A stretch of DNA of 64,000 nucleotides from the human T2T-CHM13v2.0 reference genome, Homo sapiens: assembly GCF_009914755.1 (NCBI RefSeq), contig NC_060931.1; one strand, written 5' to 3'. Under the pieces are notes generated by a model. It was not told where the DNA came from. It did no database searches and saw only the letters and a list, made by a program, of their open reading frames with translations. This document shows positions 42,098-56,515 of the stretch, in pieces; position 1 is the stretch's first letter; each line of letters opens with the position of its first letter. Made by a program: the position numbers and the translations under genes.

Positions 42098-45050
42098 CAT
42101 AATTTTTTATTCATTCTCCCGACAAGGAACACTTAGGTTGAGTTCCTATCTTGGCTATTGTGAATAATTCCATATGGACTTGGGAGTCTAAAGATATCTA
42201 TATCTTTTAGACATGTTGATTCTATATCCTTTGGATAACTACTCAGTAGTGGGGTTGCTGAATCATACGGCAGCTCTATTTTTAATTTTCTGAGATTTGT
42301 TTCCATAATAGTCATACCAATTTATATTTCACCAAAAGTGTACAAGGGTTTCCTTTTCTCCACACCCTTGCCAATACTTGTATTCTCTTTTCTTTTTGAT
42401 AATAGCCATTCTAACAGATGTAGACTGATATCTCATTGTGGTTTTGATATACATTTCCTTGATGATTAGTGATATTGAGCAGCTTTAGTATACCTGTTCG
42501 CCATCTGTATACCCTCTTCTGAAAAATGTCTGTTTAGATCTCCTGCCATTCTTTAATTTGATTATTTAGTTTTTTGCTATTGACTTGAAAGAGTTCTTTA
42601 TATATTTTAGATATTAATCCTCTGTCAGATATTTGATTTGTAATTTTTCTGTCCCATTCCATATGCTGTCCTTTCATTTCGTTCATTGTTTCCTTTGCTG
42701 TGTAGAATATTTTTAGTTTTAGGTAATCCCATTTGTTTACTTTTGCTTTTGCTGCCTGTGCTTTTGGTGTCATATTTAAAAAGTCATTGCCAAGACCAAT
42801 GTCAAGGAGTTTTCCCATGTTTTCTTCTTGGAGTTTCAAATTTTCCATCTTACATTAAAGTCTTTAATCCACTGTGAATTAATTTTGATGTATGGTGTAA
42901 GATAAGGACTCCATTTCAGTCTTTCACATGTGGATATCCAGTTATCTCAACACTATTTATAAGAGACTATAATTTCCCCATTTTGTATGTTTGGCAGCCT
43001 TTTCAAAGATTGGTTGATGTGTGAGTTTATTTCTGGGTTTTCTATTCTATTTCGTTGGTCTATGTATCTGTGTTTATACCAGTTTTATCCTATTTTGATT
43101 ACTATAACTTTATCATATTGTTTGAAATCATTAAGTGTGATGTTTCCAGCTCGATTCTTCTCAAGATTGCTTTGGCTATTTGGGGTCTTTTGTTGTTCCA
43201 TATTAATTTTAGGATTGTATTTGTGTGTGTGTGTGAAAAACTTTATTGAAGTTTTTATTTGTATTACATTGAATCTGTAGGTCACTTTGAGTAATATAGG
43301 TATTTTAAACAATATTAATTCTTCTAATATGTGAACATGAGATATTTTTCTATTTATTTGTGTTTTCAACTTTTTCTCATCTTTCACCTCTTTAGTTACA
43401 TTTATTCCTCAGTATCATCTTTGTATGCCATTTTAAATGAAATTGTTTCCTGAATTTCTTTTTCAGATAGTTCATCATTAATGCATAGAAACACAACTGA
43501 TTTTTGTATGATTTTAATGCTGCAACTTTGCTGAATCTATTAGCTCTAAGAGGTTTTGGTGGAGTCTATAGGATTTTTTACATATAAGATCATGTCCCCT
43601 GCAAAGAAGACAATCTAACGTTTTCCTTTCTGATTAGAATGGCTTTAATTTCTTTTTGTAGTCTAATTGCTCTTACTACGACTTTCAGGACTGTGAGGAA
43701 TAAAAGCAGTGACAGTGGGCACCTTTGTCTTATTCCTAGTCTTAGAGGATATGTTTTAGTTGTTTACTATTTAATATGTTAGCTGTGGTCTTGACACATA
43801 TAGTCTTTATTATGCTGAGGCACATTCCTTTGATACCTAATGTGTTGAGAGTTTTTTATCATGTCAGACAAGACTATAAAACAGCTTTTATAATGAGGTA
43901 AAGGAAAATACACTTGGAATGAAAGGACAAAAATTGAAAATCTCAGCAGAAAAATAGAAAATGCTAGATATACTAATTAAAAATCTTAAATAGAAAATAG
44001 AAATTAAAGAAATTAAAAACAAAATATTTGAAATAAAATGTAAACTGATCAGATTAATAGTAGAAAGGAGCTGACAAAAAAATGAACTTGAAAATCATAT
44101 AATAGAAATTATACAACCTAAGAGGCAGAGGAAAAAACAAACTAAAGAAAAAGCAAACAGAACTTCAGAGAGTGTTAGATTACATCAAATGGTCAAACAT
44201 ACATGTAATTAGTGTCCCAGAAGCAGAGGAGAGAATGCGGCAGTAAAAATATTTTAAGAATTAGTGTTCAAATGCTTTTCAAATTTTGCGAAATACATTG
44301 ATTCAAAATGCGATATATTCAGTAAAACCAAAACAACACATACAATGAGTACACCTTACTTGGGCACATCATAGACAAATTACAGAAACCCAAAGAAAAG
44401 AAGAAAATATTGAAAGAAACCAGAGAATAATGGCACATTATATACAGTCAAACAATGTTCCAAATGATTGTAGTCTTCCATCAGAAACTGTGAATCAGAA
44501 GAAGTGGAATGACATCATTAAAGTAATGATGGAAATAAAACTAACAACCCAGAGTTCCATGTACAGTGACAATATTCTTCAATAAAAAAGCAAAGTGGAG
44601 ATGTTTTCAGATAACAGAAAACTAAGAGAATTTGTCTTGAAAAGACATATATTGCAAGAAATGCTAATGGAAATTCTTCCGGGTGAAGGTGAGTGGTAGT
44701 AGAGGGAAACAGACATTCAAGAAGGGAATACAAAATGATACGTAGTTGGAGATAGTCTATTTTTTATTCTTCATTTCATTAAAATATACATGGCTGTTTC
44801 AATCAAAGACTATGATGCTTTCTTTTGGAGTGTATAATGTATATTGATATAATACATATGAAAATTCTAGCATAACAGATCTCAAGAGGTAAATGGACTT
44901 AGATGGTTATAAGGTCTTTTCATTAATGTGTACAATATTAACCTTAAGTAATGTGAAAAGTTAAGGATACATGACATAACTTTAAAGAAACCATTAAAAT
45001 GCAAACAGTTATAGTTAGAAAGCCAGTATATAAAAACAACTGAAACATCA
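40830..45050 (+). mobile_element. old L1M 5'/ORF1 region, host of the nested L1MA at 41533-43863
   Basis: caagatgatccagatgtt resumes as gtcagacaagactataaaacagc after the insert; ORF1-like aacatacatgtaattagtgtcccagaag and catcagaaactgtgaatcagaagaagtggaatgacatc. Confidence 0.65.
41533..43863 (-). mobile_element. L1MA-type (L1MA8/9-like) 5'-truncated element with (TG)n and (CA)n
   Basis: tttattgaggtataattgac 3' end; minus ORFs 42534..42848 (LLDIGLGNDFLNMTPKAQAAKAKVNKWDYLKLK) and 43085..43387 match L1 ORF2p. Confidence 0.92.
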
Positions 45051-45290
45051 GGAGATACCTGGGAACCTCACACAGTGCTACTGTGCACCTGGACTCGTTC
45101 CTGGCCCCCAGGAATGGGGGAGTTAAGGTGGCAAGGAACAACCTGGAACCAGAGGGTTTGGTGTGGCAGTGTCTGTAGTGGAGCACAGCCAGGGTTGGCC
45201 ATTTCCCTAGGGTTGACTTGCTCCCATAGGGGATTTTAGCCTTAGGGGAACTGTTGGTCCTGAATTATGCAGGGTGGTCTTGCCCTTCAA
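45050..45290 (+). mobile_element. probable L1P-type 5' UTR fragment
   Basis: abrupt GC-richer block; ttagccttaggggaactgttggtcctgaa...cagggtggtcttgccc resembles older primate L1 5' UTRs. Confidence 0.4.
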
Positions 45291-46140
45291 ATTAAATCCA
45301 GTAAAAAAACTGAGCAAAATATTTCAACACATACCTCACAAAAAACATTTTTGTGGCAGATAAGCACATGAAAAGATGTCAACATTGTTATTTATCTGAG
45401 AAAGTACTATTAAAAGAAATAAAAGTTACTGTTGTGTACCCATCAGAAGACCTAAGAGTAACGGCTGAAAATGTTAAGTGTCCAGATGTGGAGCAACTGA
45501 AACTGTCATGCACTGCCTGTGGGAACATGAAATGCTACAATTACTTTGGAAAACTCTACAGATATTTCTTTAAAAATTCAATATATATCCAAGAAGTAAC
45601 CTAGTTATTCCACCACAGGTATTTACCTGAGATAATTGATAATATATATCCACACAGAGGATTTATATGCATATATTCATAGAAGCTTTTTTTCAAAGTA
45701 GCTCCAAAATTCAAATAACCCAAATATTCATCAACAAATGCATGGGTAAACAAAATATGGGTATCTTTACAACTGAACACTGCTGAGCAATGAAAATGAA
45801 TCCACACAATAACATATGTGACTCTTTAAGCCATTGTGCTAAGAGGAGCCTTTTGCAAAAGGGTTTATATTGTTTGGTTGATTCTAATTATGTTAAAATC
45901 TAGAAAATGCTAACTAATCTACAGAGAACAAAAAGATATCAATGACTATCTGGGGCAGGGTGCAGAGGCAGGAATGTGCTCCATAGAGGCTTAAAGAAAC
46001 CCTGAGAGGTGAGAAAAATGTTGTGTGTTGATTTGAGCAGTGGTTTGGCACTGTACCCATCTATCACAATGAATCAAATCACACACATTAGCTCTATACA
46101 ATTACTTGAATGTAAATACACCTGAGTAAAGTTGATAAAA
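45290..46140 (+). mobile_element. L1M (L1MD/ME-like) 3' end
   Basis: ataagcacatgaaaagatg...gatgtggagcaactgaaact...ends cacctgagtaaagttgataaaa. Confidence 0.75.
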
Positions 46141-46444
46141 TTGTGAAACATTTAACACCACTGACTAACAATTCTGTCTGTAGAATTTTTAATTAAGCTG
46201 TGTTTTATTAAAAAGAGATGTCCACCAATACATACTGTAATAGTAACCTCATAGAAAGATGATAATTGTTATTTGTATATGTACTTCAATTATGCATTAC
46301 TTTCTCATGTCTAAAATCAGTAACATTTTGACGGTTTTTCTTTTCTGTTGTATTTTATTAAGTGTAAAGTCAATTAAGTAAATACAGGACCAATTCTCCA
46401 GAGAAGTCTGAGAAAATTAAGTGTAAAACAAACCAAAAGTGATG

Positions 46445-46550
46445 TATTTTATTTTCATTGTGTATATTTAAGGTATACAATGTAATGTTTTGATTTACAT
46501 ATACATTGTGAAATGATTACTGTAGCCAAGCAAAGGAACATATCCATCAC
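46445..46550 (-). mobile_element. short L1MA 3' end
   Basis: attgtgtatatttaaggtatacaatg...acattgtgaaatgattac...catatccatcac. Confidence 0.75.
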
Positions 46551-47398
46551 AAAGTGGTATAATTTATAATGTCTCCCTCTCATTGCACTAAAAGTGTTTC
46601 AATTGTTTGTAAATATATCTATCTTTGAATACCTAATGCCCACTGATGCAAGTTATGTAATGATTTCTATCAGTTTATTTTAATGTATTTATATTTGATA
46701 TTAACCTAAATAAATATTCATATATAAAAAAGAAACATTACCCAACTGCAGCATAGAAATACCAATGTTCTCAGTCATATAAACAAAGATGAGTGATGGA
46801 AATCCAGCCTAATTCTCCTGTATCCTTGAATGTGAAGCCATTTTTTGGATTGCACCTTAAAAATCAGAAACATGTTAGTGTTCTTTCCCTGTTTCAAACT
46901 GTAAATTTTCATTTCTTATTAAAAATCAGTAGTGTATTTCCTTTTCTCTGATATAGTAAGTCTTTGAACTTCTCAGTAGAAAGAAGTGTTATAAAGTTGA
47001 GTTTAAAAAAAAAATGTATATATATATACTCTATTGGGTTAGAGGAAAGAATAATGCACCCACAGTTTTCTGATCTGGGTTCATACCCCAGCCCTCAGTG
47101 ATTGCCACTCTGAGAAAAGAACACATTATCTATCTCCCAGGGTTATTTTCAGGAACAGAGAACCTAAAGGAAATGATAGGATGTATGCTGAAGCGCTTTG
47201 CTTTTGAGCTGGATGTCTAAGGTTAAAACTTGTTTTCTCTGCTTAACATTGGTGTGACCTAGGGCAAGTACTTAGTCTCTCTGTTAATTTTACTTATTAG
47301 TAAAATATGATTAATAATAGCTACTTCACAATGTTAAGGTGAAAATTAGGGATGATATATTAATAGTTTGAAACATAAGTATAGCAGTAGAAACATAA

Positions 47399-47710
<312 letters not shown>

Positions 47711-47834
47711 ATAAGCATCATATTTATATCTATTAGAAGCTGTGAGTTAAGATAGTATCTTTTCCCAAATAAATATTAAATGGCCAAGCAGACAGCCATA
47801 AAAGACAATTACAAATAACACAAGAAACTGAGGA

Positions 47835-49015
<1,181 letters not shown>

Positions 49016-50699
49016 AAAGAAACTAAGTAGCAGCATCTTCCAGTGATGTAGATTTTATTCCAGAAAGAAAACTGTCCCAGCCTGTGGCTTCCACCACTGT
49101 CCATGAATATTGTCTGTAACTGTCAATCAGTATTCCTCTTTCTCTTATCAATTAACTCTTCTATGGACAAACTCATTCGCTTTTTTATTAAATGTTTAAC
49201 TCTACCACCAATGTTCAAAAGATCAAAGAACAGAGGATTTAGTCAATGCAATGTTTGCTGAAAGACAAGTTAAACAGACTTGCCTTAAATAATTCCCTCT
49301 ACATTTTTATTGGTCAATTGCTAAGCTCTAAAGCTGTGAGGAGGGGGATAGATCTTCAGTTTGTGTGTCAGTATAACTGGTGTTCAAAACCTATACTACA
49401 ACGTCTGCATCCTATAGTAAGTTCATCTAGTGTACTTGGACAGTATTTTTATAGACTGTTCTTCTGACCTTACTGCTTCCTTTTCTTTTAAAGAAAATAA
49501 GGTGGTCCTGGAAGGTCTGGGGAAATTTTTGTTCCCCTTTTCTTTACAGGTAGGTAAAATATTCTGTTTCTTGAGCTAGATGTTGGTTACACAATTGGGC
49601 TCAGTTTGTTGAAATTCATTGAGCTTTAGATTTATGACATTCAGGATTCTTTATTATATAATGCATCAATTAAAGGTAAACATACTAATAGTAATAAGAG
49701 TAGTAATGAAATCGCATTTCTTAGCATTTTATGACATAGAGATTATATGACCTTCTCTGAGTAAGAAAGGGAGAAATATATTGTAAAAAATAAGGAAGTT
49801 TATAGGTCCTAAACAATAATTCTCAGTTCGTGTCATGCAGTAAAGTAGTTCTGACATAAATAAATTTGAGAAATATTCCATATACTATCCTCCACCTTGA
49901 GTATTCATCATTCACAGTAGCAAATAAAAAACTCTCAAATATTGTACAGTAAATGCATTTGTTAAACTTTATTTAACGCAGCGTTTACAAAATTCAGGTG
50001 TGTTCTATAGAACACTAATTCTTCTGCTTTCTAATACATTATGTAGGAAGCAACAATTCTGTGGTCAAGTAAGTCTGAGTGTTAATGGGTTATGGTTTAA
50101 ATAAAGCTTAATAGTTTTCTTCACTGCAGTATTGAACTTAAATTTGCTATCTTTTCCAGGATATTGTATGTTTCTATATGAATGAGTATTGTATTAACAC
50201 TTTTAAAGTCACATTATTTCCCCTGTTAATACCTAAAATTAACTAGAATAACTACATTACAAAATGAAGGTTCAACAGCTAAGTTAAGCTATGCCATAGG
50301 GACAGGCACTTTCTTATACTTCTGGAGTTTCATTGAAGGCATTTGTAGCCATAAACATAGAAGACAAGGATGGGTGTTTTGAAGTATGCAGCAGAACCTT
50401 TCAAGATAAGGGTTTCTTGGGAGACATTAGTTTAAGAGTATATGACCCTTCTCATGAAACATCTCTAAAAATGGCATTTCCAGCATCCCTAGTATTCATC
50501 CAATCTCACAGGAGAGTCATATATCTAGTAGTTGCTGCCTTCTACAAATCTGCACAATAGTAATAGAGTCAGAGTAGGACACAACAAAATAAATAAAAAT
50601 GCGCTTGCTTAATTCAGTCGTTGCAACAAGAAATGTGATGAAACAATCTAAATGTAAGGGCTGATCTCTGAACAACTATTGAGATTTCAGTACAGTTAG

Positions 50700-53030
50700 T
50701 ATACCAAAACAGACACTGCAAATGACCAGTTTATGTGAACTAGCATAAGATACATAAATATGTAACAGAGACAGTGGGAAAAAAGATCCTTATGATTAAA
50801 ATAAAATCAGAGATACCGAAACAGCCATTTCATAATAGAGGCTTGATTAAGACTTACCTCAGTATGTCGATATGTCAGTAAATATAATATGATGATATAT
50901 CAGTAAATATAGTCAAACTAGTTTCAATATAGAGACTTTAATGTGGTTTCATTAATGCTATCTTTCGGAGAGTGACAAAAGTAGGAAGAGTTAAGTAACA
51001 AAGAAGCTACAGATCTTTTTACCTTGTTTTATAGTTTTGATTTTTTTACATAAACTATAAAAACAATTTTTTTAAAAACAAAATCATTCATCAATTTGGT
51101 GGCATACCATTTAAACAAAAATTTTTAAAATGATTTTAAAATACAGGATTTTAACTGGACTTGTTAGTGGTTTATGCCTAAAGGATAAAACTAGCATCAC
51201 AGAAATTTGAAATTGAATTAGTCATTGTTAGTAAAAATACTGGTTTTGAGTGAATATATATATTAAAGTAGAAAATACTGGTAACATTAAAAATCATGTA
51301 ATCAATATTTGAAGAGTAAAAGAAAATAAACACAAACATAAAATATAAAAGATTAAATCCCAGTAATCTTTATTTTAATTTAGAAATATCAGTAGATACT
51401 CATGATTAATTTTTCTTTAAAAAAATCACATTTCTTAGTTCTCTTCATTGAAAAGGTCTAAAAGCAACGTAACACAGAAGCAATCAGCTCTAAAACCAAT
51501 ATTTTGGTATCTGCATACCATTCCTTACTAAAATAAACAGGTTCCTTTGAGAAATAACTGTTTCCAGATCTGGAGGAAGGAAATATATAAAATGAGCATG
51601 AGGTATCAAAGACTACTGAGATTATCTCAAAAGGACATAGAAACCAACTTGAAGCAGCTCTCAACAGCCAAATATAAAACAATTAGGATATTAATGAGAA
51701 TTATGATTGCAATGAAATGAAACATAAAATACAAAAAAATCCATAAGTTCATAATCAGCTTTTAAAAATACGCATAGATCACCTTTAGATAACTTTTTCT
51801 GGAATAATCCCAGGTTACAATTGTTGTCTTAGGATAATTATTAATATAACTTCATTTTACTCGTAAGTGTCACAGTTTGGAGATTAAGTTATATGATTAC
51901 CCTACCATTGTAGAGTGCTGGTGTGATAACTCATTCTGCAAATTGGCAAATAAAATAAAAAAGAAATTATAATACCTTATAAAACTGTTTCAAGGTAGCC
52001 AAGTATTTGATAAGGGTAATTTCTTCTATAGAAGTAGTTCAACTCATAAAGCAAAAATAATCATAGAGCTATAAAATTATTATTTTATTTTATTTTTTAT
52101 TTATTTAGTTTTTTATTATACTCTAAGTTTTAGGGTACATGTGCACAACGTGCAGGGTAGTTACATATGTATACATGTGCTATGTTGGTGTGCTGCACCC
52201 ATTAACTCGTCATTTAACATTAGGTATATCTCCTAATGCTATCACTCCCCCCTCCCCCCACCCCACAACAGGCTCTGGTGTGTGATGTTCCCCTTCCTGT
52301 GTCCATGTGTTCTCATTGTTCAATTCCCATCTATGAGTGAGAACATGCGGTGCTTGATTTTCTGTCCTTGAGATAGTTTGCTGAAAATGATGGTTTCCAG
52401 GTTCATCCATGACAAAGGACATGAACTCATCCTTTTTTATGGCTGCATAGTATTCCGTGGTGTATATGCGCCACATTTTCTTAATCCAGTCTATCATTGT
52501 TGGACATTTGGCTTGGTTCCAAGTCTTTGCTATTGTGAATAATGCTGCAATAAACATACGTGTGCATGTGTCTTTATAGCAGCATGTAAAATCATTATTT
52601 TATAAGCCCTAATTTAACAATGGATCTGGAGAACAATTCATACTAGATGTTTTAAAAATACATGAAATGTTGCTACTAAGCCTTATAATGGGTAGATGGA
52701 CTGACAACTGAAAACACTGATCTCTCTTAGGAAAACCAGACTATATGGGCTCTTGATTCAATATTAAAGAAATCTACCATGCCACCTACAAATCATTCTT
52801 GCTAAAATTTGAATGTGACTATGCAAGTTTTAGACTCAATTACAAGAAATATAAAGACAAGAGAAACATATTGAATAACAGCAATAAAATGCAATCTGCC
52901 AAATATAGATTGTGGGAATATGCTACAGGATGGTTAGCCCAATTCCTTAAATAAACTATGGCTTGAACAAAAAATGTCTCTGTATGTGTGTGGGAACTGC
53001 TATGCTGTTATAGATCAAAAAATATTTAAG
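50700..53030 (+). mobile_element. L1MC-type 3' region, host of the L1PA at 52087-52586
   Basis: catttcttagttctc...aaaaggtctaaaagcaa, ttccttactaaaataaacaggttcctttgagaaataactg; diverged. Confidence 0.55.
52087..52586 (-). mobile_element. young-ish L1PA (L1PA3-5-like) 5'-truncated 3' end
   Basis: ttattatactctaagttttagggtacatgtgcacaacgtgcag; ORF 52210..52557 begins MFIAALFTIAKTWNQAKCPTMIDWIKKMW (ORF2p C-terminus); TSD taaaat(t/c)attatttt at 52072-52086 and 52587-52601. Confidence 0.96.
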
Positions 53031-53032
53031 AG

Positions 53033-53317
53033 TGAAACCAACCCAGTAGTCCCATAGACTATTCTTTTTGATAAACACAGAAATTGACTCTTTCAGTCTT
53101 AGAGCTTGAAACTTATATTTGTTTTATCAGAGTTCCTTCCTCAGGACAGGACCTACAGGCCTCTCAAAAAAGTATCAAAGAACTGAAACTCACCAGATCA
53201 CCACAGCAGATGCCACCCCTCATTCATCACGATTGCTTCCTTGCTCCTCCCTAGTTCTTGTTTTCTTACATATTATTACATTTCCTCCCTGCTGTGTAAA
53301 CCCCTAGTTTTAGCCAG
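53033..53317 (+). mobile_element. LOR1-like ERV1 LTR, 3'-truncated
   Basis: tgaaaccaacccagtagtcccatagac...gcttgaaactta...gagttccttcctcagga. Confidence 0.7.
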
Positions 53318-53319
53318 AT

Positions 53320-56070
53320 AAACGGGGAAATATACTTCAAAAAAGAAAGAAGTATAAAGACTATCTTAGATAAACAAAATCCGAGGGCATTTATTGGCAG
53401 CAAAACTAGTCTACACAAAATATTAAACAAAGTTCTTTAGGCAAAATAATTTTATATCAGAGAGAAACATCAATCTATGTAAAAAAATTGAAGAGCCCCA
53501 GAAGTGAAATAAATGAAAATATAATAAAATTGATTTATTATTTTAATTTCTTTAAATAACTCAAAATACAAAACTATCAAAGTATCGTGCATATGTGAAA
53601 TAAATGTATGTAACAATAGGACAAAAAATGGAAAAGAGGAATTGGGAGGAGACTGCTGAAAGTTCCTTGCAATACATGTAAAGTGTGGATATTATTTCAA
53701 TGCCGATTCTGATTTTTAAAAAAGATAATAAATCAATATAAATAAAATGAAATCATAAAAGTGCTCAACATGAGAAGTCAGAAAAAAGTATAAAACAATA
53801 GGTGGAACAAATAGAAAACAGGTAAAGAGATTTTAATTCAACCATATTAAATAAAATTTAAATCCAATCATACTGAATTTGAACAATCCAAATATACCAG
53901 TTGAGAGACAGATACTGTAAGATTGAATAATAATGGTACAACCCAGTCATATGCTGTCTGAAAGAAATTCATTTTAAACATAAAGGCACAGGTTAATAAT
54001 AAAAAGACATAAAAATATATGCCATGCACAAAAGTTATACCATGGAGCACACACTAACCAAAATACTGTTATTAGACAAAATATACCTAAACCAAAGAAT
54101 ATTATAATAAAGTGGAACATTACTTAAATATAAAATTGCTCAATTTTCCAAGAGATAAGTCTCAAACGTGTGCATCTAGCAATCGAGCTTCAACATACAA
54201 GAAGGGAAAACTCTTAGAACAGAAATAGTTAAATCCCCAAATACAGTTGAAGCCTTCAACATTCCTCAAGCAGTAATTGACATAACAACTAGTGAAAATA
54301 TAGAATACCTGAAAACATTATCAACCAACTTGACGTAATTGACATTTTTATAACATCCTACCCAACAACAGCTGAATACACGTTTTTTTCAAAGTGTATA
54401 TGGAACATTCACCATGGCAGTCCATATTCTGGGCCATAATATAAACCTCAACAAATTTAAGAGAACAGAAATAATATAAAGTATATTCATGATCTATAAC
54501 ATAACAAAATTAAATTAGAAATCTGCAATGGAAAGATATCTGTAATATTCTCCCCAAATATTTGGAAAATCAACAACTCACATTCAATAGCCCATTGGTC
54601 AATGAAGATGACTCAAGGTAAATTAAATAATACTTTAACCAAATGAAAATAAATACCACATAATACTTTAGCGGTATATAGCTACAGAAGTGCTTAGAGA
54701 ACGTCAAAAAACATGAAATGTTTATAGTAGTAAAGAAGAAAAGTATTAAATCAGTTATCTAAGCTGCTACTTTAAAGAAGTACCAATAAAATAAAATTAA
54801 ATCTAGAGCAAGTAGAAGAAAGGAATTATAAAAAGAACAAAGTATCAAAACATCACATTGCACTGTGTTCTTTTTATAATTGCTTTCTTCTGCTTGCTCT
54901 AGATTCAGCTCTTCTTTCATTGTCAGTTTTTTAGAGCAGCAGCTTCTACTCTATACATGTAATACATAATGCAATACAATTATGATTTGTCAATTAAAAT
55001 AATGTTTAAAAAGGTAACTATGTAAGGTGATGGAGGTGTTAATTAGGTTAATAGTGACAATCATTTCACAATGCATACGTATATGAAAACATCACATTGT
55101 ACACCTTGAATATACACAATTTTTATTTGTCATTTATACCTCAGTCAGTATGAAAAAGTTTAAAAGAAGAACAGAAAGAAATGAAATTGAAAACAGAAAA
55201 CAATAGAGAAAATTAATGAAACAAAATTGATTCTTTAAGAAATACAATGAAATTGATAGGAACTTTAGGCATTTTGATCTAGAATAAAAAAGAGAACATA
55301 TAGGTTACTAATGTTGGGAATAAAAGAAGGATATCACCATGGAACTTACAGATATGAAAGGAATAATCAGGTAATACTGTGAATAATCAAAGACATTAAA
55401 AGGAACGAAAACTATAGAACCATATCTCTCATGATCATATGCAAAAAAATTCTCAGCTAAATATTAGCAAGCTAAATTCAACAACATATAAAAACTAAGT
55501 GAAGGTTATCTCAGGAATGCAAGGGTGGTTTAACATTTGATAATAAATCAATATAATTCACAATATTATCAGACTAAAAAAGAAAAACCACATTACCATC
55601 TTAACAAACGCAAAAATATTGATAAATCAACATTTATTTATGATTTTTATTTTAAAAAACTATTAGAAAACTAAGGATAGAAGAACACTCCTTTGACTGA
55701 TAAAGGGTGTCAAATATAAAGATAACATCATACTTAATTGTAAGACACCACATGCTTTCCCGCAACATTGTGGTGTTAAAAAAAGGCTTGGCTATTGTCT
55801 TACAACTCTTACTCAACATCATTCCAGAAGACCTATCCATTGTGCAATAAGGAAAAAGAAAGACACTCTGATTTAGATTAGAAAGAAATAAAATTATCTC
55901 ATTTGCAGATGACATAATTGTGTAACTAGAAAAATCCCAAAAAACTTAACAAAAATCTCCTAGAACATGTAAGTTCATTCAGCAAGTTTGCTGGATATGT
56001 TAATATATAAAATTGATTTTGTATTTATACAGTCACTATGAACAGCTAGAAACTCAATTTTTAAAATTTG
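53320..56070 (+). mobile_element. old L1M ORF1-end/ORF2 fragments with nested L1 3' ends
   Basis: ccaacaacagctgaatacac...ggaacattcacca, caggaatgcaagggtggtttaacatt, tttgcagatgacataattgtgtaactagaaaaatcc (RT FADD motif region). Confidence 0.85.
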
Positions 56071-56119
56071 TCCTTAAGCATGTGTACAATTGATGAAAAT
56101 TCTTGTTAGGATATTCCCA

Positions 56120-56515
56120 CATTAAAATTTTTTTCTTTTTTAAGGTCAAATAGTATTCTATTGTATATATATACCCCATTAGCTTTATCCATTTATCTGT
56201 TGACGGACACAGATTAATTCCATATCTTGTCTATTGTAAATAATGCTTCAATAAACATTGGAGTGCAGATATCTCTTTGACATACTGATTTTATTTCCTT
56301 TGATATATTCCCAGTAGTGAGATTGCTAGATCATATGGTAGTTCTGTTTTGAGGGGCCCTCATACTCTTTTCCGTAATAGCTGAACTAATTTATACACCC
56401 ACCAATAGGGTGCAAGTGTTCTTTTTTCTCTACATCCTCCCCAACTCTTGTTACCTTTTGTCTTTTTGGTAATAGACATTCTAATAAGTAGAAGATGATA
56501 TCTTGTGGTTTTGAA
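56120..56515 (-). mobile_element. L1MA fragment
   Basis: aatagtattctattgtatatatatacc...ggagtgcagatatctctttgacatactgatttt. Confidence 0.88.

Noticed and set aside
42534-43387. ORFs with L1 ORF2p similarity (also 670, 1627, 52210) as functional CDS
   Set aside because: Short frameshifted remnants of truncated L1s; no intact endonuclease or reverse transcriptase
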